A DNA stretch of 64,000 nucleotides from Patescibacteria group bacterium (GTDB lineage: Bacteria; Patescibacteriota; Minisyncoccia; Moranbacterales; UBA2206), in NCBI GenBank assembly GCA_030837625.1, contig JAUPKF010000001.1, positions 23,496 to 87,495 on the forward strand. Direction: 5' to 3'. Below the pieces are notes generated by a model, which saw only the letters and a program-made list of their open reading frames with translations, had not been told where the DNA came from and ran no database searches. Both the position numbers and the translations under genes were made by a program. This document shows, piece after piece, positions 46,967 through 56,017 of the stretch (position 1 is the stretch's first letter; each line of letters starts with the position of its first letter).

Positions 46967-47000
46967 TTCAGAATGATGAACTAGAAAATCGGTATTTATT

Positions 47001-48248
47001 ATGCGTTTCATCGATCCTATCAAAATCTCCTACAAAAATCTTTTGGCCGCGAAATTGCGGTCGTTTTTAACAATCCTGGGGATTATTATTGGCGTAGGTT
47101 CGGTAGTCACTATTATGTCTATCGGGCAGGGCGCCCAGGCTTTGATTTTGGACCAGGTGAGCGGAATCGGATCGAATCTGATCGGCATTATGCCGGGAGC
47201 GAGTGATGAAAATGGTCCGCCGGCCGCGGCCATCGGGATAATCGTGACGACTTTGAAATATGATGATCTGGAAGCCATTCGAAATGGACGGAACGTTCCG
47301 GAAGTGGAGGACGCGGCCGGATACGTCACTGGAACAGCCCAGGCAATCTATGAGGGAAATACTTTGGTGGCGTCTTTTACCGGAACAACTGCCAGCTATA
47401 TCAATGTTGAAAATACGGAAGTGCTCGAGGGGCGTTTTATCAGCAAAGAAGAAGAAACCGATTTGTCCCGGGTGGCGGTGGTGGGAAAAAATATTGTGAA
47501 GGATTTGTTCTTCGGCGAAGACCCTGTCGGAAAGACGGTGAAAATCAAAGACCAAAGTTTCGAAGTGGTTGGAGTTTTCAAGGAGCGGGGTTCATCAGGA
47601 TTTGGCACATCCAGTCAGGACGATTCGATTTTCGTTCCCTTGCGAACGGCTCAAAAGTTGCTTTTGGGAATCGACCATATCGCCTATATCCGCGCCAAAG
47701 CCAAGGATACGAATGTCATTTCTTTCGCCATTGCCAATATCGAAGTCACGCTTCGCGAACGCCACGGGATAGCTGATCCGGCCGACGACGATTTTTCCGT
47801 GCGCGACCAAGCGCAGGCGTTGGAGCTTATCAAGAATATTACCGACGTTTTGCGATATTTTCTTTTGGCGATCGGTACGATATCTTTGGCGGTGGGCGGA
47901 GTGGGAATTATGAACACTATGCTGATCGTGGTTAACCAACGGATACGAGAAGTGGGCCTGCGAAAAGCAGTGGGGGCGAAAACCGCCGACATTCTTACGC
48001 AATTTTTGATCGAGTCGGCGGCCGTTTCTTTTCTGGGCGGAGCGGCGGGAATAATCTTGGGCGCAGTTTTGTCTTATATTATATATCTGGTTATGCAGGC
48101 TCTTCAGTACAGCTGGCCCTTTGTGGTCACCTGGCAGTCCATCGCGGTGGCGGCTTTGGTTTCCATTGGAATCGGCTTGTTGTTTGGAATGTATCCCGCC
48201 CGCAAAGCTTCGCGGATCAGTCCGATGGAAGCGCTGCGTTATGAATAA
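47001..48248 (+). CDS. ABC transporter permease with an FtsX-like/MacB periplasmic domain, four transmembrane helices.
   Basis: N-terminal transmembrane segment 'LRSFLTILGIIIGVGSVVTIMSIGQGA', a large periplasmic domain, and a C-terminal FtsX 3-TM bundle ending 'YPARKASRISPMEALRYE'. Confidence 0.85.
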   Translation: MRFIDPIKISYKNLLAAKLRSFLTILGIIIGVGSVVTIMSIGQGAQALILDQVSGIGSNLIGIMPGASDENGPPAAAIGIIVTTLKYDDLEAIRNGRNVPEVEDAAGYVTGTAQAIYEGNTLVASFTGTTASYINVENTEVLEGRFISKEEETDLSRVAVVGKNIVKDLFFGEDPVGKTVKIKDQSFEVVGVFKERGSSGFGTSSQDDSIFVPLRTAQKLLLGIDHIAYIRAKAKDTNVISFAIANIEVTLRERHGIADPADDDFSVRDQAQALELIKNITDVLRYFLLAIGTISLAVGGVGIMNTMLIVVNQRIREVGLRKAVGAKTADILTQFLIESAAVSFLGGAAGIILGAVLSYIIYLVMQALQYSWPFVVTWQSIAVAALVSIGIGLLFGMYPARKASRISPMEALRYE

Positions 48249-48425
48249 TTCACCTAATTGTCTAATTACCTAATTCACCTAATAAAAAGTAAAATAACCA
48301 AAGGTCAAATAAAATTTCTAATGCCAAATTCAAAAATTATTTTTATTTAGCATTTGACATTTCATTTTGCTATTTGAAATTGTTGAATTTTATTAGGTGA
48401 ATTAGAAATTAGGTGAATTAGGTAA
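48247..48425. repeat. Family A palindromic intergenic element, copy 4.
   Basis: 'taattcacctaattgtctaattacctaattcacctaat ... ttattaggtgaattagaaattaggtgaattaggtaatt'. Confidence 0.8.
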
Positions 48426-48432
48426 TTTTTTT

Positions 48433-49686
48433 ATGCATTCCCTAATCGTTTCAATCAAACTCGCTTTCAAAAGTCTCCGTTCCAATATCGTCCGGACACT
48501 TTTGTCGCTACTGGGCATTGTTATCGGCGTGGCGTCGGTGATTTTGGTATTGTCGTTCGGTTCGGGGGTGAAAAATTATCTGACCGACCAAGTAGCGTCA
48601 TTTGGAACCGACATAATTTCCGTGGAAGTGAAAGTGCCGAAGGTATCGAAAACGTCTTCCGCCAATACTTCGGGGCAGGTGGGCGGGACGGTTATCACGA
48701 CCTATAAGTTGGATGACGCGAGAGAAATAGGAGAGTTGCCCAATATCAGCGCTTGGTACGCCGCGGTCGTGAGCCAGCAGGTAACCAGTTTTGAAGACAA
48801 GAAAAAACAAGTAATGATATTTGGGACGACTGCCGGCGTGGACGAAACTGATGGTCAGGTCCAGTTGGAGTCTGGCGTAATGTTTAGCGAGGAAGATGAT
48901 GACAGCCTTCGCCAGGCGGCGGTTTTGGGTAGCGGAATAAAAGAATATTATTTTGGCGATGGCGACGCTGTCGGGGAAACCATAAAAATAAAGGGGCAAA
49001 GCTATAAGGTTATTGGAACACTGAAAAGCCGCGGCGCTGTGGCGTATCTTAATCTTGACGACTTTATTTATCTGCCGCTCCAGACTGTGCAAAAAAAATT
49101 GACTGGCACCGATCACCTGCAATCGTCGGTTTTCAAGCTGAAAGATATGGCGAAGCTTGATCTGACGATTGCCCAGGCGACCGACATTATGCGTGAGCGC
49201 CATCATATCGACAATCCTGATGATGATGATTTCGCCGTCAATTCCATTGTGGAAGTTTTGGAAATTCTTAATAAAGTTTTTTTCGCGGTTAACGCGCTTC
49301 TTCTGGGGCTGGTTTCTATTTCGCTGGTGGTTGGCGGAGTGGGAATCATGAACGTGATGTATGTGTCGGTTGCGGAGCGGACATTTGAAATTGGACTGAA
49401 AAAAGCGGTTGGGGCTAAAAATTTCAGTATTCTGGCGCAGTTTCTCGCCGAAGCCGTGTTTTTGACTTTGCTTGGCGGATTTATCGGAATTTTTGCGGGC
49501 ATCTTGTTTTCCAAGGGCGGAGAAATCCTGGCCGCCAATTTCGGTTATGCTTTGCGCTTCACGATTGCTTGGTGGTCGGTTGCTATCGGTTTCGGTTTTT
49601 CGGCGCTGGTCGGGATAGTTTTCGGGTATTATCCCGCCCGCCAAGCTTCTCTTCTGACGCCAACGGAAGCATTGCGTAAAGAGTGA
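48433..49686 (+). CDS. Second ABC transporter permease (FtsX-like/MacB-type).
   Basis: Same architecture as the first permease. The C-terminus is 'YPARQASLLTPTEALRKE'. Confidence 0.85.
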   Translation: MHSLIVSIKLAFKSLRSNIVRTLLSLLGIVIGVASVILVLSFGSGVKNYLTDQVASFGTDIISVEVKVPKVSKTSSANTSGQVGGTVITTYKLDDAREIGELPNISAWYAAVVSQQVTSFEDKKKQVMIFGTTAGVDETDGQVQLESGVMFSEEDDDSLRQAAVLGSGIKEYYFGDGDAVGETIKIKGQSYKVIGTLKSRGAVAYLNLDDFIYLPLQTVQKKLTGTDHLQSSVFKLKDMAKLDLTIAQATDIMRERHHIDNPDDDDFAVNSIVEVLEILNKVFFAVNALLLGLVSISLVVGGVGIMNVMYVSVAERTFEIGLKKAVGAKNFSILAQFLAEAVFLTLLGGFIGIFAGILFSKGGEILAANFGYALRFTIAWWSVAIGFGFSALVGIVFGYYPARQASLLTPTEALRKE

Positions 49687-49732
49687 TAAAATATACAAAG
49701 TCGGTACTTACTCGCTTGTGGGTTAAGAAGCT

Positions 49733-49790
49733 GCGCGGGCCCGCCCGCCAAGCTTCTCGCATGACACCTGTGGAGGCGCGTGGGCATCTT
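49733..49790 (+). pseudogene. Remnant of a duplicated permease 3' end (about 19 codons).
   Basis: 'cccgcccgccaagcttctcgcatgacacctgtggaggcgcgtggg' translates to 'PARQASRMTPVEARG'. Compare the true C-terminus 'PARQASLLTPTEALR' 50 bp upstream. Confidence 0.45.
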
Positions 49791-49875
49791 TCGCGAGACT
49801 CTCTCGACATTTTATCGCTTTTCCGGTATATTTATCCACAGGAGGTTTTGTAACATTCAGAGGGTGAAAATAGGT

Positions 49876-50946
49876 ATGCAGGCGATTGAGCTTCTCAAAA
49901 ATTATAAAAAGAGGCTGGAACCAGAAATGAAGAAATATTTCCAGCGAAAAATGAAGCAAGCGGAAAAAGTCGATCCGCTGGCCAAAGAGGCGATCAGATT
50001 GATCGCCGATTTTACTTTGGCTTCCGGCAAGAGGATTCGGCCGGCGCTGGTATATTATGGGTATCTGGGGGCAGGCGGAAAAGACGGGAAAGAAATTTTG
50101 GAAGCGTCGATGGGGATCGAGTTGATTCATTCTTTTCTTTTGATTCACGATGACATCATTGACCGAGATGCTACGCGTCATGGCATCTCGACTTTACATG
50201 AGACATACAAGAAAATTGGTTGCCGGATCGCGCCGGGGAAAAACGCCGAGCATTTTGGCAATTCTATGGCGATGATTGCCGGTGATATGGCGGCGGCCAT
50301 GGCCAACGAAATAATTTTCAATGCTAAATTTTCTCCGGAAATATTGATATGTGCGCTGGACAAACTGCAAGACATCGTTTATGTCACTATCCCCGGGGAA
50401 ATGCTGGACGTAATTTTAGAAATAAAAGGGCGAGCTAGCGAAAAGGAAATTCTTCGCATGTATGAAGGCAAGACCTCGCGTTATACTTTCGAAGGCCCGT
50501 TGCACTTGGGAGCCATTTTAGCCGGAGCGGACAAAAAAATGCTGGAAGGATTTTCCAGATATTCATTGCCTCTGGGAAAAGCTTTTCAGATAAGAGACGA
50601 TATTTTGGGAGTGTTTGGCGATGAGAAGAAGCTGGGAAAGCCGGTTGGCTCGGATATTATCGAGGGCAAGCAGACTCTTTTGGTCATAAAATCCTTGGAA
50701 AAAGGAAATAAGGAGCAGAAAAAAATAATCAAGGATCTTTTGGGCAAGAAAAATTTGACGAAGCGAGAGTTGGAGAATTTCAGAAATGTTATCCGGGAGA
50801 CGGGGTCTCTGGAATATTCGGAAAAGATGGCGGAAAAACTTGTTGTAGACTCTATCAAGGCATTGGAAGATATCAATTTAAAAAACAAAGAAGCGCATGG
50901 ATTTTTAGAAGAAATTGCGCGCTATATGGTTTCCCGAAGCGTTTAG
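49876..50946 (+). CDS. trans-Isoprenyl diphosphate synthase (FPP/GGPP synthase family).
   Basis: First DDxxD 'LIHDDIIDRD' and second 'FQIRDDILG'. The ATG at 49876 is preferred. Confidence 0.9.
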   Translation: MQAIELLKNYKKRLEPEMKKYFQRKMKQAEKVDPLAKEAIRLIADFTLASGKRIRPALVYYGYLGAGGKDGKEILEASMGIELIHSFLLIHDDIIDRDATRHGISTLHETYKKIGCRIAPGKNAEHFGNSMAMIAGDMAAAMANEIIFNAKFSPEILICALDKLQDIVYVTIPGEMLDVILEIKGRASEKEILRMYEGKTSRYTFEGPLHLGAILAGADKKMLEGFSRYSLPLGKAFQIRDDILGVFGDEKKLGKPVGSDIIEGKQTLLVIKSLEKGNKEQKKIIKDLLGKKNLTKRELENFRNVIRETGSLEYSEKMAEKLVVDSIKALEDINLKNKEAHGFLEEIARYMVSRSV

Positions 50947-51046
50947 CCGGCATTGCTTGCTTTTTGTTTTTGGGGTAATATTTTAGTATTGGCATAAATT
51001 GCTCGAAGTTGAAGTTGTAAAAACTAAACCGCAGAGTTATTTCATT

Positions 51047-51760
51047 ATGGAAAAAAACTTGGAGAACGTTCCCGGGCATATTGCTATTATTCCCGATGCC
51101 AACCGGCGTTGGGCTAAGGAGCGAGGATTGGCGCCCTGGGAAGGGCATGAGGAAGGCGCCAAGAACTTTGAAAAGCTTATCAGCTATTCATTGAAAAAAG
51201 GTATAAAATGTTTGTCTATCTGGGGTTCTTCTTTGGACAATCTTTTGAAGCGCCCGATCCAAGAAAAGAAAGCTCTTTTGGATATTTACAAGCGCTATTT
51301 CACCCGCCTGTTGGAAGGGAAAGAAGTTTATGAGAATGAGGTTAAAGTCAATTTTATCGGACGCTGGGAAGAGCAATTTCCGGAATCTTTGAAAAAAATA
51401 ATTTACGAAGTTGTCGAAAAAACTAAGGACTATAAGAAGAAGGTTCTCAACTTCATGTTGGCTTATAGCGGGACGGATGAAATGATTCAGTCTATTCAAA
51501 TGATCCACGATAAATACGGTGAAGGAATCAAAATAACTCCAGAAATAATAAAAGAGAATCTTTATACCAAGGATTTGCCTCCAGTGGACTACCTTGTTCG
51601 GACTGGTGGTGAACCGCATAATTCGACCGGATTCATGATGTGGGATATGGCTGACGCCCAATACTATTTTACTGAGGAAAAGTTTCCCGATTTTACTGAA
51701 GAAAAGTTCCAGCAAGCGCTGGATGAATACGCGAGGAGACAGAGGAGGTTTGGGAAGTAA
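51047..51760 (+). CDS. uppS: Undecaprenyl (cis-prenyl) diphosphate synthase.
   Basis: 'HIAIIPDANRRWAKERGL' and 'RTGGEPHNSTGFMMWDMA' (the 'RxSGE...W' motif). Confidence 0.9.
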   Translation: MEKNLENVPGHIAIIPDANRRWAKERGLAPWEGHEEGAKNFEKLISYSLKKGIKCLSIWGSSLDNLLKRPIQEKKALLDIYKRYFTRLLEGKEVYENEVKVNFIGRWEEQFPESLKKIIYEVVEKTKDYKKKVLNFMLAYSGTDEMIQSIQMIHDKYGEGIKITPEIIKENLYTKDLPPVDYLVRTGGEPHNSTGFMMWDMADAQYYFTEEKFPDFTEEKFQQALDEYARRQRRFGK

Positions 51761-51802
51761 TAAATTCGGGATTATCTTGTATAAGGGTAAAACTGATTTA
51801 TT

Positions 51803-51953
51803 AAATTCACCTAATTGTCTAATTACCTAATTCACCTAATAAAAATTAAAATAACCAAAGGTCAAATAAAAAATTTGGTATTTAGCATCTGACCTTTTGT
51901 TTTGCTATTTTGCCTTTTGAATTTTATTAGGTGAATTAGAAATTAGGTGAATT
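51803..51953. repeat. Family A palindromic intergenic element, copy 5, slightly shorter.
   Basis: 'aattcacctaattgtctaattacctaattcacctaat ... ttattaggtgaattagaaattaggtgaatt'. Confidence 0.75.
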
Positions 51954-52040
51954 TGGAATTTGAATGTAATTTTTAACGCGTAATTTGTTATTGTGGCAAT
52001 GACTTAATGTGCTGCAAAAAGCGAATTAGAATAAAATATT

Positions 52041-52355
52041 ATGGCAATTGTATTTACTGACCAAAACTTCGAAAACGAGGTTATAAAAAGCGACAAGCCG
52101 GTGCTGGTGGATTTTTGGGCGCCGTGGTGTGGACCATGCCAGGTAATGGGTCCGATTGTGGAAGAGTTGGCGACGGAGATGGGGGACAAAGTGAAAATCG
52201 GGAAACTGGACGTGGATGAAAACGGAGAAACCGCCCAGAAGTACGGCATTATGTCAATACCTTCGCTCAAAGTTTTTAAAGGCGGACAAGTGGTAAAAGA
52301 GTTTACGGGAGTGCAAAATATCAATACTCTAAGGGAGGAATTGGGAAAAATTTAA
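52041..52355 (+). CDS. trxA: Thioredoxin.
   Basis: 'WAPWCGPCQ' active site. Confidence 0.95.
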   Translation: MAIVFTDQNFENEVIKSDKPVLVDFWAPWCGPCQVMGPIVEELATEMGDKVKIGKLDVDENGETAQKYGIMSIPSLKVFKGGQVVKEFTGVQNINTLREELGKI

Positions 52356-52356
52356 A

Positions 52357-53277
52357 ATGGATAAAATATACGATCTTATAATAATCGGCGCTGGCCCAGC
52401 GGGTCTTGTCGCTTCGATTTATGCTTCCCGATACCGGTTGGATCACTTGATTTTCGGGGCGCAACAGGGAGGACAGATGAGCGAGATAGCCGATATCGAG
52501 AATTGGCCCGGCGATGTCATTGTTGTCGGTCGGGATTTGATTTCCAGATTTGTCGCTCATGCTGAAAGCTACGGGATAAAAGTGAAAAACGAATCCGTCA
52601 TTTTGATAAAAAAGGCGGATGGCTTTTTTGAAGTGGAAACTTCTCGGGGAAAATATCAAGCCAAAAGTTTGATTTTAGCCATGGGAGCGGAGTATCGCAA
52701 GATGAATATTCCAGGCGAAAAGGAATATATCGGCAAAGGTGTCAGCTATTGCGCGACTTGCGACGCGCCTTTCTTTCGGGATAAAACAGTGGCGGTTATC
52801 GGCGGAGGCAACAGCGCTGCGGTGGTGGCGATCGAGATGTCTGACTATGCCCAAAAAACCTATCTCATAAACAAGGGCGAAAAAATGAACGCCGAGCCGA
52901 TTTGGCTGGAAAAAATTCACTCTAGTCCGAATATAGAAATTATAAAAAATACGGGCGTGATCGAAATAAGGGGAAATGAAAAAGTGGAAAAAATAATTTT
53001 GGATAAAGAATATGATAGTCGGGGGGAAATAGCCGTGGGCGGAGTTTTTATTGAAGTCGGCTCGGAGCCGGGCGTACAATTGGCCAAAAAGTTGGGAATG
53101 GAAACGGACGACGGAAATTACATCAAAGTCAATTCGGATATGAGCACGAGTGTCTCTGGAGTTTTTGCCGCCGGCGATATTACCACCGGATCCAATAAGT
53201 TTCGCCAAATCCTAACCGCTGCCGCCGAAGGCGCCATTGCCGCCAACAGTGCGTATAAGATGTTAAAGCTGAAATAA
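52357..53277 (+). CDS. trxB: Thioredoxin-disulfide reductase.
   Basis: FAD motif 'IIGAGPAGLVASIYA', redox-active 'CATCDAPFF' and NADPH motif 'VIGGGNSAAVVA'. Confidence 0.9.
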   Translation: MDKIYDLIIIGAGPAGLVASIYASRYRLDHLIFGAQQGGQMSEIADIENWPGDVIVVGRDLISRFVAHAESYGIKVKNESVILIKKADGFFEVETSRGKYQAKSLILAMGAEYRKMNIPGEKEYIGKGVSYCATCDAPFFRDKTVAVIGGGNSAAVVAIEMSDYAQKTYLINKGEKMNAEPIWLEKIHSSPNIEIIKNTGVIEIRGNEKVEKIILDKEYDSRGEIAVGGVFIEVGSEPGVQLAKKLGMETDDGNYIKVNSDMSTSVSGVFAAGDITTGSNKFRQILTAAAEGAIAANSAYKMLKLK

Positions 53278-53282
53278 TTATC

Positions 53283-54404
53283 ATGGATCCGGTAAAATTA
53301 TCCAAAAAACTCGGAGGAAAAATAGAAATACGAAGTAAGGTTAAGCTTACAAGCGGCAACCTGAAGTTTTTGTATACGCCGGGGGTGGCGGAAGTCTCGC
53401 GGGCGATCGCCAAGGATAATAAACTTTCCCATAAACTAACTATCAGAAAAAATACCATCGCGGTCGTTTCGGATGGATCGGCGGTGCTTGGCCTTGGCAA
53501 TATCGGGCCGGAGGCGGCTCTGCCGGTAATGGAAGGAAAGGCGCTTTTGTTCAAGGAGTTGGGAAATGTGGACGCGTTTCCTATCGTTCTCGCGACGCAA
53601 AACACCGAGGAGATTATAGAAATAGTGAAAAACTTGGAGCCGACGTTTGGCGGGATAAATTTGGAAGACATCAGCGCGCCGAGATGTTTTGAAATAGAAG
53701 ATCGATTGAAAAAAGAAATGAATATTCCCGTGATGCACGACGACCAGCACGCCACTGCTGTTGTAATTTTGGCCGGACTGATAAATGCGCTGAAAGTCGT
53801 GAAGAAAGATATTAAAAAAATTAGGATTATTATCTCCGGGGTGGGCGCGGCGGGAATCGCCACGGCGAAATTGCTTTTGAAATACGGAGCCAAAAATATT
53901 ATTATGGTGGACAGTTGCGGAACGATTTACGAGAAGAGAAGCAATATGAATCCGGTTAAGACTGGAATAGCTAAGGTTACCAATTTAGAAAAAATTGAAG
54001 GCGGTGTCAGGGAGGCTCTTCGTGGGGCGGATGTATTTGTTGGAGTCTCCGCGCCCAATATCTTGACGGAAGAAGATATAAAATGTATGAGCAAAGACGC
54101 CATTGTTTTCGCTATGGCAAATCCTGTTCCGGAGATTATGCCGGAACGAGCTAAATCTGGCGGAGCCAGGATTGTCGCTACCGGACGCAGCGATTTTGCC
54201 AATCAAATCAATAATGTACTGGTTTTCCCGGGAATATTTCGGGGCGCGTTGGACAACAGTATCAAAGAGATTACGGATGCGCATAAGATCAAAGCGGCCG
54301 AAGCGATTGCCGGTTTGATAAAAAAACCGACTAGTGGTAGAATAATACCGAAAGCGCTGGACAAGAGAGTGGCGAAAGCGGTAAGTAGAGTGTTTAAAAA
54401 ATAA
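53283..54404 (+). CDS. NAD(P)-dependent malic enzyme, short bacterial form.
   Basis: 'LKFLYTPGVAEV', 'VVSDGSAVLGLGNIGP', the Rossmann motif 'IIISGVGAAGIA' and 'VFPGIFRGALD'. Confidence 0.85.
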   Translation: MDPVKLSKKLGGKIEIRSKVKLTSGNLKFLYTPGVAEVSRAIAKDNKLSHKLTIRKNTIAVVSDGSAVLGLGNIGPEAALPVMEGKALLFKELGNVDAFPIVLATQNTEEIIEIVKNLEPTFGGINLEDISAPRCFEIEDRLKKEMNIPVMHDDQHATAVVILAGLINALKVVKKDIKKIRIIISGVGAAGIATAKLLLKYGAKNIIMVDSCGTIYEKRSNMNPVKTGIAKVTNLEKIEGGVREALRGADVFVGVSAPNILTEEDIKCMSKDAIVFAMANPVPEIMPERAKSGGARIVATGRSDFANQINNVLVFPGIFRGALDNSIKEITDAHKIKAAEAIAGLIKKPTSGRIIPKALDKRVAKAVSRVFKK

Positions 54405-54505
54405 AAACGCGATTCGAATCAACGAATGCATCCGAATTTACGAATAGGATAAAAAAGTATTCGTAGATTTGTAGATTCGGATTGATTCGCAGATTCGCAT
54501 CGGTC
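54405..54505. repeat. Imperfect palindromic intergenic element, family B copy 2.
   Basis: 'gcgattcgaatcaacgaatgcatccgaatttacgaatag ... tattcgtagatttgtagattcggattgattcgcagattcgcatcg'. Confidence 0.6.
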
Positions 54506-54507
54506 TT

Positions 54508-54948
54508 ATGAAGATTTACAAACAAAAAATTAACATCGAAAGCCAAAGCCAGATCGAGTTCATAGATATTACGGACAAAGTAGATGAAGTGATTTCAAAG
54601 TCCGGAATCAGAGAAGGGCAAGTATTGATTTACTCTCCGCACACGACTGCATCAGTGTCGGTTAATCACAATGAATCTATGTTGGTTCAGGATTTTATGC
54701 GGACGCTTTATCGCTTGGTGCCTGTTTCCGACCGCTACTCGCATGATCTTTTCGAGCTCAATCGCGCCAAGGCTTCCGACGGACGAAGTAACGGGCATTC
54801 TCATTGTAAAGTGTTGCTTTTAGGCGTCAGCGAAACCGTTCCTATTGAAAAGGGGAAAATGATGCTTACGGAAAGACAAAGCGTCTTTTTTGTCGAAACA
54901 GACGGCGCCAGAAAGAGGGACGTGATTGTTCAAGTGTTGGGACTGTAA
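54508..54948 (+). CDS. YjbQ/UPF0047-family protein (secondary thiamine-phosphate synthase-like).
   Basis: 'LIYSPHTTASVSVNHNE' and 'HSHCKVLLLG' match the UPF0047 signature regions. Confidence 0.75.
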   Translation: MKIYKQKINIESQSQIEFIDITDKVDEVISKSGIREGQVLIYSPHTTASVSVNHNESMLVQDFMRTLYRLVPVSDRYSHDLFELNRAKASDGRSNGHSHCKVLLLGVSETVPIEKGKMMLTERQSVFFVETDGARKRDVIVQVLGL

Positions 54949-54991
54949 CGCGTAACGTATAACGTATAGTGAAAATTAGAAATTCAGTTAA

Positions 54992-55993
54992 ATGTCAAAG
55001 AAAATTTTAGTATTATCTGCCGCACTCCTGGTTGTCATAACCAGTGTTTTTTATTTCCGCTATCGAGTTTATTATTCCCATGGAGATAAGAGTAAACAGG
55101 TTTCGTTTGAAATAAAGAAAGGGGAGGGGAATGCGGAGATTGCCGCCAACCTGGAAGCGGCGGAGCTTATTTCCGGCAAAATTTATTTTTATTATTATCT
55201 GCGTTCGCACGACTTGCTTAGCAGGATTATGCCTGGCGATTATAACTTATCTGGATCGATGACTATTCCCGAGATTGCCGCTGTCATTACTGAAAAGCGG
55301 GATGATTCAATCCGGGTTACTTTTCCTGAAGGTTGGAGCAGTCGGAAAATGGCGGACAAACTCAATGATTTAGGGCTTGACGGAGAAGGCTTTCTGGAGA
55401 TAGTTGAAAAACCGCAAGAATTTTCTGGACAATACGGATTTTTAGAAGAAGGCAAAGTTTCTGGTCTGGAAGGTTATCTTTTCCCGGATACTTATTTTTT
55501 CAAAAAAAACGAAACGGCGGAGAATATTGTTTCTAAGATGCTCAATAATTTTGACGAAAAGCTGGCTGGGGAACTTCAGATGGAAATTGAAAGACAGGGA
55601 AGAAGCGTGCGTGAGATCGTGATTATGGCTAGTATTATTGAGAAAGAGGTGATGTCAGCTAGCGATATGAAGCTGGTGGGAGGGATTTTTTATAACCGCC
55701 TTGCTGCCAATATGCCCCTTCAAAGCGACGCGACTTTGAGTTATTATTTTCAAGATGACAAGGATCAGCACCAGGGCGAAGAATTAGACGCGGATACGCC
55801 GTATAACACTTATCGTTACAAAGGACTGCCTTCCGGCCCAATCGGGAATCCGGGGGAGAAAGCCCTAGTCGCTGCTATTTATCCAGAAAAGACGGAATTC
55901 ATGTATTTTCTTTCTGACAAAAATACCAAGGAAACTGTTTTTTCCAGGACTTTCGAGGAGCACGTGGACAACAAAAAGTCCCACGGACTGTAG
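54992..55993 (+). CDS. mltG: Endolytic murein transglycosylase MltG (YceG-like).
   Basis: N-terminal transmembrane segment. 'YYLRSHD', 'LEGYLFPDTYFF', 'ASIIEKE' and 'LQSDATLSYY' match the YceG motifs. Confidence 0.85.
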   Translation: MSKKILVLSAALLVVITSVFYFRYRVYYSHGDKSKQVSFEIKKGEGNAEIAANLEAAELISGKIYFYYYLRSHDLLSRIMPGDYNLSGSMTIPEIAAVITEKRDDSIRVTFPEGWSSRKMADKLNDLGLDGEGFLEIVEKPQEFSGQYGFLEEGKVSGLEGYLFPDTYFFKKNETAENIVSKMLNNFDEKLAGELQMEIERQGRSVREIVIMASIIEKEVMSASDMKLVGGIFYNRLAANMPLQSDATLSYYFQDDKDQHQGEELDADTPYNTYRYKGLPSGPIGNPGEKALVAAIYPEKTEFMYFLSDKNTKETVFSRTFEEHVDNKKSHGL

Positions 55994-56017
55994 GATTTTT
56001 TAGTGATTGAAGATTAT

